From NCBI GenBank assembly GCA_030390025.1, contig CM059432.1, positions 129,892,001-129,956,000 on the forward strand: DNA of 64,000 nucleotides, written 5' to 3'. Made by a program: the position numbers and the translations under genes. The stretch is from Squalus acanthias (taxonomy: Eukaryota). Below are positions 39,687 through 51,525 of this stretch, piece after piece; position 1 is the first letter of the stretch; each line of letters begins with the position of its first letter. The notes below the pieces were generated by a model. The model did not search any database, was not told the origin of the DNA, and saw only the letters and a list, made by a program, of their open reading frames with translations.

Positions 39687-41139
39687 TAGGGTTGCCAACT
39701 CAGGAGTCTCCTGGAATGGGTTGTGAAGCTCCCTGGACACTGCTGGTAGTGACCCAGAAGAACTTTGCCCTTTCTCCGCACAGCAGCACCCACCTCCCCC
39801 CCCACCCCCGCTCTGTGACATCACCAGCGGCCACCGCAGGTTCGGCCATCCTCTGCAGCCGCAGCGAGCCAGCCCCCCACTTAGGGGTAACCAGAAGCGG
39901 GACGGGTTGTAGGAGAAACAGGCGGGAGTCTGGGAGGGGGGCAAGAGAGAGAGATGGAGCAAGGAGAGGTGCAGGTGCAGGGCTGGGTTGGAAGAGGGTG
40001 AACAGGGATTAGGGGAGGGGATTGTGACTCGGGGGAGAAGAGTGGGTGACTAGGGGGGAATGAGGAATTGGGACTAGGGGTGGGGGAAGAGAGTGACAGC
40101 GGACTGGGGACCAGGAGAGAGGGAGACAGTGGACTAGGGATGGGGTGAGAGGGGGAGACTGGGGAATGGAGTTCAGGGTATGGGGCTCTGGGGAAGAGAG
40201 GGAGAGGGGGGTCGGGAGATTGAGTCTCAGGTGGGGAGGGGAGAAAGGTTTCTCCTCTTCCCCACCCTCGGTCTCCCCTCTTCCCCACCCTTGGTTTCCC
40301 CTCTTCCTCACCCTCGGTCTCCCCTCTTCCCCACCCTCGGTCTCCCCTCTTCCCCACCCTCGGTCTCCCCTCTTCCCCACCCTCGGTTTCTCCTCTTCCC
40401 CACCGTCGGTCTCCCCTCTTCCCCACCCTCGGTCTCCCCTCTTCCTCACCCTCGGTCTCCCCTCTTCCCCACCCTTGGTCTCCCCTCTTCCCCACCCTCG
40501 GTTTCCCCTCTTCCCCGCCCTCAGATTCCCCTCTTCCCCACCCTCGGTCTCCCCTCTTCCCCGCCCTCAGATTCCCCTCTTCCCCACCCTCGGTCGCCTC
40601 GGTCTCCCCTCTTCCCCACCCTCAGATTCCCCTCTTCCCCACCCTCGGTCTCCCCATTTCCCCGCCCTCGGATTCCCCTCTTCCTCACCCTCGGTCTCCC
40701 CTCTTCCCCACCCTCGGTCTCCCCTCTTCCTCACCCTCGGTCTCCCCTCTTCCCCACCCTCGGTTTCCCCTCTTCCCCGCCCTCGGTTTTTCCTCTTCCC
40801 CACCCTCGGTTTTTCCTCTTCCCACCCTCGGTTTTTCCTCTTCCCCACCCTCGGTTTTTCCTCTTCCCACCCTCGGTTTTCCCTCTTCCCCACCCTCGGT
40901 CTCCCCTCTTCCCGGCCCTCGCTTTCCCTTGTTGCCTTCTCACGGGTGGCCTCCTGGTTCTCGGAACTTCTTGCACAACAGCTGCTGGGGCAAAATCACA
41001 AGATACTCGATTACAGGGGACCCGACCTTCATAAGGTAAATGCAATAACATTTACAGACATCACACGATTGGACATCACCTGGCCCGATGTCAAGTGGTT
41101 AAACCTCCAGGAATAGCTCCAACTAGAGTTGGTACCCGA
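39687..41139. mobile_element. Non-autonomous hAT-type element
   Basis: TIR TAGGGTTGCCAACTC / degenerate GAGTTGGT-ACCCGA; 8-bp TSD GCCTGACT / GTCTGACT. Confidence 0.75.
40250..40925. repeat. 23-bp C/T-rich minisatellite, ~29 copies
   Basis: ccccaccctcggtctcccctctt and variants. Confidence 0.95.
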
Positions 41140-41256
41140 GTCTGACTGCCCAAATGTTCTGACATTCTCTATTTTTGGTTGGGATTGAAGCAGAGAATCC
41201 CTGCCTCCCCCCCCCCACCCCGTGGTTCTACCAATGCTAGAAAGAGTTAAAATAAT

Positions 41257-41863
41257 GGCCTAGAAAAGGTGTAAAATGGACTCTGGTGTACGTGCCCAGG
41301 ACCCGCACCTGAAACAGGTACTAGGCCCTTTGCATATGCAAGTAGTATGCCCAACGGCTGTTTATGGGCCCTTCCCAAAATTGAACTGCCCTGACTGCAG
41401 CTTACACTGGGCCTGGGGCATTCAGGATAACTATGTCCTCATGTGACCTAAACAGCGGTCCTTAAAGGGCCACCACCAGAAAACTAATTAAAAACAAAAT
41501 ACTTACCTAAATGTGCAGCTGGGAGGAACAAGAGTGCTCCTCTTGGCTACACAGCAGCCATGAAGACAGTTGCCAGCCTCCGCTCGGGTCTATTCCGATT
41601 GCGTCCTCCTTTACTATCTCCCTTATGGTCACCTCCTTCTCTCCCTCCCGATTGCCTACAACCCTCTCCCAGAACCTACCCGAGGGCTGCTGCCGGGGAG
41701 GCAGTTAGCCCAACTTTGTCCTCGTGGAACTGGCGAGCTGCCTCTGAACGCACCATTGGCATGCGAAGCTCACCGGCAATATGCTGACGAGACCCAAAGC
41801 CTAATTTTGGGTGAGCCTCGGGCCTTCTAGGCCCGAGAACACGCCGAAACAAATTTTCACCCC
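41257..41863. mobile_element. Possible old Harbinger-type MITE
   Basis: AAT on both flanks; right end AATTTTCACCCC resembles family TIRs; left TIR match is poor. Confidence 0.4.
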
Positions 41864-43967
41864 AATCTGTTTTAATTTATCAATTGACTGAAAAGGAGGC
41901 AGGGAATTCCATGATGCGCTGAAAGGGTAACTGTATCATTCTGAACCTTTCCCTCACTGGAGCCTTCAAACTCAAAACAAATTTCTCAACATGAAATAAG
42001 ACTGGACCAAAATTAACCAAAGCAGACCTGACTTATATTCTCACCTGGCAAAGACTCAGATCCCAAAAGTATAACCAGTCCTCCTCAATTAACTGTGTCA
42101 CTGAAATCCCAAATTCAAGCCATGGTGGATGATCAATGACTGGGCCAGTAATTAGGAGATTTATGCCTCATTAACCAAGATAATTTCAATTAGATGAAGT
42201 ACTTTTCAAACTAGTTGCACAAAAACATTGGCAGCTGCAGGATTATTTTTATTTGTCCCTATGTTTAGGGAAATAGCCCTTTTATTAGTTCTAATCTTGA
42301 GCGAAGACAACAACCACAGCTTCTGGTACTAAGATTACTAAGCACTTTATCCAATTGCCAAACGACAATAAGAACATAAAAAATAGGAGCAGGATTAGGT
42401 CACACGGCCCCTCGAATTGCTCTGCCATTCAATAAGATCATGGCTGATCTTCAACCTCAACTTTCACTTTTCCGCCAACACCCATATATAAGAACATATC
42501 CCCAATAAGCGACAGATCTAACCAGTACTCACAAATGAAATACAGTTCAGAATGTAGGTTGACAAACATACAGCAGAGCCCTGGATTGTCTATCAGTGTG
42601 ATTCTTCCTCGTCTTCGTCTTCTGCCTCTTCCTCATGTTGTCTCTCCTTGACGATTGCCCCTCCGCTCTCCGAATAGCACAGTTCATTCTAATTTTCATA
42701 CAGTTTTGAGGTAACCTTAGAGATACTGACTAAGCAGATTTTCCTTGTCTCAGTCTCATGGCTTCTAAATGCCTGTTCAACACTTTACAGGCTGGGTTTT
42801 TTCTAGTTAGCTAACAAGTCCAAAGAGTCATTATTCTTACAATTGGCCATGCTAACATTTACCAAAAAACCTGTACCCTACGCAGCCCAGTTTTCACAGT
42901 AAGATCAGAAATTAGAGCATTCCATTGGTTTATTGGACTTGCTGGAGAAAAGAACTAAATATTTTTGAGAACCAGTATTAACGGAAGAATGTTTGTGTGG
43001 TCAGTGTTCTTCTGGATTGCAAGCAAGGGTGAGGACAAGACTTAATCCGTATCACAGCGTTTTAATGTCACAAGAGTAGAGGAGGTTTAAGGCTATACTT
43101 GTTTCAGCTTCTTGTTCCTCAAGGTTTGTGGATGCTTGAGGAATCCTTGAGGCCACAAGCTGGGTTTTCGGAGTGGGTCGACCTGACTTACGGGTGCAAA
43201 TCAGGCAGAAACGATCGGAAAGTTGGGCAGATCTTTGTTACTTCAGATCTTTGCCCACTTTTCCAGCTGGCCCATTTCCAACTGTTGTTTCCGGCAGCCT
43301 TGGGTAGGGGCCGCCTCATTATAGGCAGGTGTATGCAAATGAGACAAAAATGATGTCATGACATCCTACACTCCATGTTCCATCATTTCCACCTCTTCTG
43401 CGCTGTTTCCTCTTCTCATTGAATATCTCTATGGATGTCCAGTATTCCTCAATGCTAGCCAGATGGCAGAAGAGAATAAAAAGAGTAGCATCAATGTTGA
43501 TAACATGAGTTTAAAGCTAATTTTGGACTTATTTTATGAAGGCTTCTTACTGTTTGCCAACTACTTTGATGTCTGCCTTCGCGCCATTTGCTGTGGAGCC
43601 GCCCTTTTTGCCCCCACCATTTCACACAGTGCACAATGAGTTTCCCATTGGAAATTCCCTCGTACATTTGGTGTTTTGGAAGAAGAGTAGCATTGGAGAG
43701 ATGCCAGGCTATTCAGGCAGCACCAGAAGCACACTGGAGCTGTAAGCATGCCAGAACGGCAAGTCTTGAGATGGCTCCTGGGACATCAAGGCTATCATCT
43801 GCAGCCACCTGTGTGGACATGAGCTGAGCACCAGTAAAATGAAGGCCATGCAGCCACAAGAGTAATAATGGAGTGTACCACATCATGAAGGCTGCAAAAT
43901 ATGCAGACCATGAAGAACAGTGAGGGGATCAGCTAGAGAAGCAGCAAGCAGCCTACAGAGGACGCAC

Positions 43968-44587
43968 TGAAGGGATAATTACAAGTCCTAGCCCTTTTCA
44001 GGCTACCCCAGATCAGACGTATTCCCCAGGCATTCACCTTCAACTAAAGTTAGCGGTAGCCGAATCCTAGAGACACTTAATTGGGTCTAAAGGTTCAGAC
44101 TATCTCTCCCTAAAGGAAAGTTTACTTGTTTTCTTGCTATCTCAATTGGTTGCATATTTAATTGTGTTTCCTGTTTCTAAGTTTAACATAAAACTATTTT
44201 ACGGCAGGTATTTCTTTTACTTGATGTCATTTTTTCAAAGGCACTTGGTTTTTTAATGTTCTGTGCACCTGTTCGACGTGTTAGATTTTGACACTTTACT
44301 TGGGTCATTCCATTGTGTTTCTCCCAAACTCCAGACCTTCTGGAAGTGCCAATGGTTTGCTTCAATAGGGGCATTGTTTTTGTGTTTACAACCATCTCCC
44401 ATTTCAAAGCTTGTGGTGTTTTACAGCTTTTGTTAACACTTCACCTTATCTCAGAAGCCTGTATTGTGTTTGCAGCCTGTGTCGCCGAGGCTTTCCAGAC
44501 TTTTAAACTCAGTATGTCTTGTATTAATAATATCAAAATCTTTTCATAGGATGATGTATTTCTTGGAATATGGCTGATTCCATTACA
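43968..44587. mobile_element. Probable solo LTR, internally deleted relative of 17550-18668
   Basis: TGAAGGGATAATTAC...GATTCCATTACA; 4-bp flanks GCAC/GCGC (one CpG-type change). Confidence 0.72.
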
Positions 44588-44794
44588 GCGCGGCTCCTGC
44601 AAGATTTCATTTGTGCCATTCTCATACAGAAGGAATGCTCCTGACTTGCCCATCTGGTCACTGCATTCACAGTCCTGTCCATAGCATCCTACTTACATCC
44701 AAAGTGATGCCAGCATCTGCAGCCCATTCACTGTGCACAAAAATTGATGAAAACGACTTCCAACACCTCCAGGAACAATGGGGGGGAGGGGTTA

Positions 44795-45225
44795 GGAACA
44801 CAGGAACATAGGAACAGGAGGAGGCCACTCAGCCCCTTGAGCCTGTTCCGCCATTCAATTAGATCATGGCTGATCTGTATCTCAACTCCATCTACCTGCC
44901 TTGGATCCGTAACTCTTAATACCCTTGCCTAACAAAAATCTATCAATTTCAGTTTTAAAATTTCAATTTTCAATTAGCCCCCAGCCTCAACAGCTTTTTG
45001 GGGAGAGAGTTCCAGATTTCCTTTGTGTGAAGAATTGCTTCCTGACATTACTCCTGAACGGCCTAGCTCTAATTTTAATTTTATGCCCCCTTGTTCTGGA
45101 CTTCCCCACCGGAGGAAATAGATTATCTCTATCTACCCTATCAAATCCTTTAATCATCTTAAACACCTCAATTAGATCACCCCTTAATCTTCTACACTCA
45201 AGGGAATAGAAGCCTAGTCTATGCC
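44795..45225 (-). mobile_element. CR1 3' fragment
   Basis: LGFYSLECRRLRGDLIEVFK..RTRGH..FFTQR; aggaacac/aggaacat tail repeats. Confidence 0.9.
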
Positions 45226-47099
45226 TTGTGCTAAGTTGTGCCATTGTACTACAAATGAATAATGAATTGTACTTGCCAGTGGCCTGGAGAGATAGTTAAA
45301 TGAGGGTTTCCTGGGTCAGACATTTGCCTACCCATGGGAATAGCGATTGGTGTAAATCCCATGTATAATGGGTGTAATCTAGTTGGAAATTAGATTCCAG
45401 CCTTTAAAAAGACAGTTCAGCCTGCAGACTTCATCATTACACTGGGGAACAACATGGTAAAGAAGGAGCATTGCTTGGCTCACTCACTTGACTCTCAGAT
45501 AACTTAATTGCATGTCTTGGCCAATATTTTCACCATACTTTTCTACAGCAGGAGTGTGTGCACCGACTTGGCAGTGACTTGTGGCGAACTATCTTCTCAG
45601 GGTCCGGGTCAGCAGGAAGCCTGATGCAGAGGTGTGCCGAATGCTGTTAGGACACCCACTGCTTATATGCACTGTAGGGCCACCACAACCAGTGTCTGTG
45701 TCGGTCAACTGTGGCCTTAAGCTTGTCTCCACTTCCTTCCAGGAATGCTGCAATGTGGACTTACGGGAATTGTGCGGTGGAGTGCCACGGAGGGCAATTC
45801 ACCTCATGCTGCACTACCTCCACTTCAGCAGCAACCATACATAGGGTTGAGTGCTGGCCGCTCCTTCACTTATCTGCAGATTCATGGGGTCGCCTTTCCC
45901 TTAATTGTTTTTGCCACTTCTTAATCCTCTGTCCTTTTAACCTTGGCAAAGGCTGCTAATGAGTTAAGACGCCTTTCTAAAAGCTTTCAGAGTTTTTGTC
46001 CTCCTACTATCACACTACCTTTTAATTGTCTCATCCCTTAAAATTTCACTTCCACGCGATTTTCCACTCACGCACATGTGCTCCCTACACATGCCCAAGT
46101 CTGCGCCTGGATCTGTGAATAATTATGTAAATGGTAACCCAGGAAATTCGAGTCCTATTAATACTTTTGCTCTTCTGGCAGGACCAGCACCAGTTCTTAA
46201 ACATTTAGAACTGATTTACACCAGCAGGCAAAAATCAACCCCTCGTGTTTCCCGCTACAACTAATTCACATCACCACAAATCTACATAAATGTTTCCTTA
46301 TCAATCACAAAAAAGGACAGAGTCAACCAACCATCTATCAGCTCCCATAAGAGAAGTCTTATACAGCAAGAGATATAAAGATAGTAAATAGCCATACAGT
46401 ATTATAACTGACAAAGAATTTGGATTTAAAAAAACGCAAATGTATTGATAAGAAACGCAAAAGCTGTCAAAATAAATAAATAAAAGGCACAGAAACAAAT
46501 GCTGGGGAACTGTCACAGGTGTCATTACAACTGAACCAGCAGAAGCAACTTGGCTCTCACATTCCTCAATCTGTTATCAACAATCACTGGCTCACAACTA
46601 TGCTACTCATTGACACGAGAGGTACCATTGAACAGATAGCAACTGAAATGAGCGACATTACACCCAGTTCCAAAACTGAAGGTAAAACCACGTTTACAAC
46701 ATTTCACTCAGTGACAGATAGAAACACGAGCAGGTGCAAATCCCATTTCAGAGGCAGTTTCTCTTGTGTAGGGCTTTGTCTTGGCATGGAACTCTGCCGA
46801 CTTGAGTGGCAAGCAGCTGCTGCGGTGTTATTCCACCAAAGCACTCCTGAGGGACATCTTCTCATGAAGCCCAATGATGAAATATCGGAAGTCTGCCACC
46901 AGTAGTTGGCAACAACCATTCCCCAAGCATGTTGCTTATCTGAGGTGCCCACTGGTGTTGCCAATGCTCAATAGCAGACAGCCATTGTTACATGACCTCA
47001 GTCAAGGGGAACGTTGCAGTGCAATTCTGTATGTTGAACTCCTGCATACCACTCACACCACCTTCCATTGATGTGTGCAAGGGAGACAAATGACTCCTC

Positions 47100-47750
47100 C
47101 ATATTGCAGTAAAGGATGCTCCAGAGCATGGTACATCGGCGAGACCATGCAGACACTGAGACAACGTATGAACGGACACCGCGCAACAATCGCCAGGCAG
47201 GAGGGTTGCCTCCCAGTCGGGGAACACTTCAGCAGCCAGGGGCATTCAGCCTCGGATATGCGGGTAAGCGTTCTCCAAGGCGGCCTTCGAGATACACGAC
47301 AGCGCAAAATCATAGAGCAGAAACTGATAGCCAAGTTCCGCACTCATGAGGATGGCCTCAATCGCGATATCGGGTTCATGTCACGATACAGAACGTGACT
47401 TGACATCATGGCCGGTCTTCCCAGGTGTTTTTTTTTTAAAAAAGACTAACACAAGAACCTACACAGATTGACAGGATATGCAGCCAGCAGGTGGTTTGAC
47501 ACGTTGGACCCCCTGGGACACATCTCATTGTCTTGGCTATGCTCTTTGATGTAGGGAAAGATTTGAATATATTTTGTCTGTGTTTAAATTGTGAATTCTG
47601 GGAGATTCTCTCACTGCTAAACTTACCTGACGAAGGAGCGAACTGCTCCGAAAGCTTGTAAAATTAAATAAATCTGTTGGACTATAACCTGGTGTTGTGC
47701 GACTTCTCATTTTTGTCCACCCCAGTCCAACGCCGGCATCTCCACATCAT
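47100..47750 (+). mobile_element. Penelope-like element 3' fragment (GIY-YIG C-terminus + 3' region)
   Basis: WYIGETMQTLRQRMNGHR..VGEHF..GHS..EQKLI..GLNRD; hammerhead downstream. Confidence 0.88.
47623..47661 (+). ncRNA. Minimal type I hammerhead ribozyme
   Basis: TTAC-CTGACGA-A-GGAGC-GAACT-GCTCC-GAAA-GCTT-GTAA. Confidence 0.8.
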
Positions 47751-49399
47751 GTCCTCCATATTGCTCAGTGCTCTACCAGTCTCGGTTTTAAAGCAGGCCA
47801 ACTAAGATCTGTATCTCCATGCAACTCAACAGGGACACTCTAGTCTGCACCAAACTGGCCCTTCATCAACCACCAACACTGCTACCCATCCTTCACAAGT
47901 TCCCAGTGGTCATCCTGAGTTTCCCCCTGAACCTCCCTATCTACATCTCCTGAAATGTGTACCTCTCTGCTGTACTTGCTTCACGGTGGGATGGTGAAGA
48001 TTGGTGCTTCAGTAAGTCGTGCATTTTGGATTCAGCTGCAGATTGACTGTATTCTTGCTCTATGGCGAGAGCAGTTGAGCACTTTATGACTAAATAAGTA
48101 CACATGTGGGTAGAGCAATATGATTGCATGCTGCATTACGTGCAATCACTGTGTGTACACATTGATATCCAAACAATTTGATGGGTGCCACGAGTTCTAT
48201 ATTGTCCTCCATTCTCCATAATCCTCACGCTTTCCCTTTTAGGCTGCTTTTACAATTTTGCTAATAATACGAGTCCACGGGAAATCTTCCCTCTATGTTT
48301 ACAGTGTCACTAACAATTAGTTACCAGGGAAATCTCCCCTTCCCCCACCCAACTGGTTGTTGCCTTTAATGATATTTCAGCTGGTTGAGTTTTAACCGAG
48401 ACCGCTATTCCTTTTAAGAGTGAAATTCTTGTTTTATATATTAACCAGTAAGAGTGTTTAGTTGCAAGAGGCAAGATTTTCAAATTTATCACAGAAACTT
48501 TGCGGCCTTTGTAAAGGGTTCCTTTTCCAACAGTACTTCGTGACTCCCATGGTTACAGCTATTGTTTCAGGTCCTGCATTCACAAAGGCTGTAACTCGCA
48601 ATAAATACTGCCAGCCTAAAATACCAAAGGAATACAAATGCCATGCATTCCAAAAATATTCATCCATAGTGACCTACGTCTGTAGAATCCTGAAAGGAAG
48701 TGGGGCTGGCAATTAACGGTATTCTGAGGAATTCAGAGTTTACCTTGAGTAACCAATTCCTTGATGAAATCTCATCTTGAAATTCAGAGCATTGTGAAAG
48801 ATTAAGAGGCATTTTATTCAGAGACTGGTTCTATACAAAGATGCCAAATTGAGTCGGCAGTGATGCAGGCATAAAGGTCACTGGTGCTTACAAAAGGAAG
48901 TCAGATCTAAGTTGAAGCTGTTTAGTGAGTGAGAAATACATCAGTCATCTTGTATGAATGTTACTCACTTTAGCAGTCTTTTATTTGGATTGATTAGAAA
49001 GCTCTTCCTTTTAAAAAAAGCACACTGGGGAAAATTTATTTTACCTCATAAATGAAATTAACTTTCATTAAAAAAAAATTTAGAAGATTGTTTTCATTCA
49101 TTGATGACGCACTTTAAACAAGGTTTATGTTAATACTTTAATTATGTATTTGCTAAAGGTTCTCTATTGTGACGTACAAGTTGGTTTGTAATTCATGTCT
49201 ACTTGGCTCATTTGGTAGTGCAGTTGTACCCATTTATTTGCAACTTGTTTAATTGCAATTCCCGTTTTAACGTAACCATTTCTATAGTCCAGTTTTTCCC
49301 GCTATACTTTAATTGTGAAAAGTTTGTTTCATTACCATTTAATTTGCTGATAGCTCAACACTAAACCACATTGTGACTTGTCGCTGCACGAGCAAGTGG

Positions 49400-51251
49400 A
49401 TGTTTTGAGCAGTGTGAAGGAATTGAAGATTCAAACGCTAGTCCTTCAGAAGCATGGCATTTCTGAATCTCAGGTTTCTAGAATTCTGAAAAGAAAAGTG
49501 GACGTCTTGAAGGAATGGGGGAAAAAATAAGAATGAGGATAGGAAACGGAAGTGTGAAAGCCAATTTTGAAATAGCCCTGCTTAAGTGGTTTAATTACAA
49601 AAGGAAGGTCCCACTTGATGGCTATCTGGGAACAGCTAAAGCTAATGAGCTTGCCACAGAACTGGGCAAGAAAGCTCTGAAGCATCAGATGGATTCCTGA
49701 GGCACTGGAAAGTGAGACACAATCTTGTTTACAAAGAAGGTGTGCAGTGAAAAAGTGGAGAGTGACGAACCTGCTACTGATGCAGGGACTGAGGAAGTGT
49801 TGGCGGGTTTGTTCGCAGAGTATCCGCCCGACTGCATTTACAATTGCGACGAGTCCAGACTTTTCTATTGTGGCTTGTCTGATCAAACCTAGGCAAAAAA
49901 AAGGAGAGAAGATGGAGCAGTGGCAAAATGAGAAAAGTACACCATGCAATGTTGTTGTACACTAACCAAACGGGCTTGGACAAGATGAAACCTCACATGA
50001 TTGGAAAAAGCAAGACCCCGCGCTGCTTTAAAAATGTGTAAACTTTTCCAACTGATTATGAAAGCAGCGCTAATGCTTGGATGACGCAAACAATTTTCTG
50101 AAAGTGGCTGCCGTCTTTCAATGCCAGGATGAGAAATATAATGGGCGCTTTTGATGGATAATGTCACTTCCCATGACGTGGCTCTTAATCTTTCACACAT
50201 ATTAGGGTCCAATTTTTACCATCTAGCACTACTTCAATCATCAGGCCCCAGTCCAAGGTGTAATTCATAACAAGAAGCAATTCTTCACAAGGTGGTTTCT
50301 GTTTTAGATTCCACTGAGGACACTGGCACTTCACAGGTTATGAAAAACTATAGCGTGTTGGATGCTGTGCACTTATCCAGTGGAGCTTGGAATGCACCGA
50401 CTCCCAGCTGCATCAGTAACTGCTTTAGAACCTGTGGTTTGGTTTCTAGCGTGAAAAGCAATGACCAAGTCAAAGCTGAGGAAAGAAGAAAAGAAAGATT
50501 TCCATTTCCATAGCGCCTTTCAGGACCTCAGGATGTCCTAAAGTGCTTTACAGACAATAAAGTTCTTTCTGAAGTTGTAGTCGCTGTTGTAATGTGGTAA
50601 TGTAGAGGAGGTTGATAAGGGATTCCTGGTGGTTTGACAGAGATGGAGTTTGATTTATTTTTTGTTTCAATGGATGATGACCTTGACTTCTGCGAGAGAT
50701 GACTGGCGCAGAAATCGTTTCTTCCTTGAAAGACACGGAAACAGAGGCTGCAGAGGATGTAAATGAAGATGTGTCAGAACTGGAAATCCCCAGAGTTAGA
50801 GAGATAGATTCTGCGCCACGCATCGATTCATCGAGTCAGAAGATAATGAAGCATTTGATGAATTTGATGCACTGGATGGGAAAGTGCAGAGGTTGATGAT
50901 TTCTGATCAAAAGAAAATCACAAAAGTTCTTTGCAGCATAAAGAAAACTCACAGGACTTAAGCATTCTTCTTTAATTTTTAAGATGTTAATAAGGCGAAT
51001 GCAGTATAAGATGTTGTAATAATGCTTCGCCACATAAGTAAACTCAGGAGACATGTGCATTTTTCTTTATTTTTTAAGACGTTACACTACATTCACGCTT
51101 GTTGTAAGATGTTGTAAAACATTTCGGCAAATTAAGGTAGCTATGCGCCAGACCAGCTTGATTATTTTTTGCTTTTCATTTTATAGAAATTACCATTTTA
51201 TTGGCATCTGCAATTTAGTCCCGAGCAGTTGTAATTAAGTGGGATCATCTG
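49400..51251 (+). mobile_element. Tigger/pogo (CENP-B-like) transposon relic
   Basis: Fragments HGISESQVSRILK (HTH), YNCDESRLFY, PRCFKN..Y.S.ANAWMT, LLMDN..SH; probable right end ...CTG|TA at 51251; many stops. Confidence 0.8.
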
Positions 51252-51525
51252 TACTTCAATTCTGAGTCAGAAAATTGTGAGTTTAAGACCCGTTGGAGGA
51301 TTTTAATGAGTAATCTAGAAAGAAAAAAGAAAGAATTGCATTTATATAGCGCCTTTCACGACCACCGGGCGTCCCAAAGTGCTTTACAGCCAATGAAGTA
51401 CTTTTGAAGTGTAGTCACTGTTGTAATGTAGGAAATCTAGGTCGACACCAGTGCTGTACCGAGGGAGGTGCTTCCTTTGGCTCAGATGTTAAACTGAGGT
51501 AACTGTCTATTTCGATGGACACTAA

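Larger units (their letters stand above)
43636..45844 (+). pseudogene. Decayed copy C of the unidentified coding sequence, interrupted by an LTR and CR1
   Basis: MSFPLEI..FGRR..CQAIQAA (43636), LQDFICAIL (~44597), NYLLRVRVSRKPDAEVCRMLLGHPLL..QPVSVSVNCGLK..FQECCNV (45581-45844). Confidence 0.6.

Noticed and set aside
39881..41116. Long Pro/Ser- or Gly/Arg/Glu-rich ORFs
   Set aside because: Artefacts of the stop-free 23-bp minisatellite, open in many frames.
42595..42700. Acidic minus-strand stretch (EEEAEDEDEEE) as an exon
   Set aside because: Short, with no convincing splice context or recognisable homology.
48458..48667. Possible minus-strand exon after ttttag
   Set aside because: No recognisable protein and no supporting neighbouring exons.
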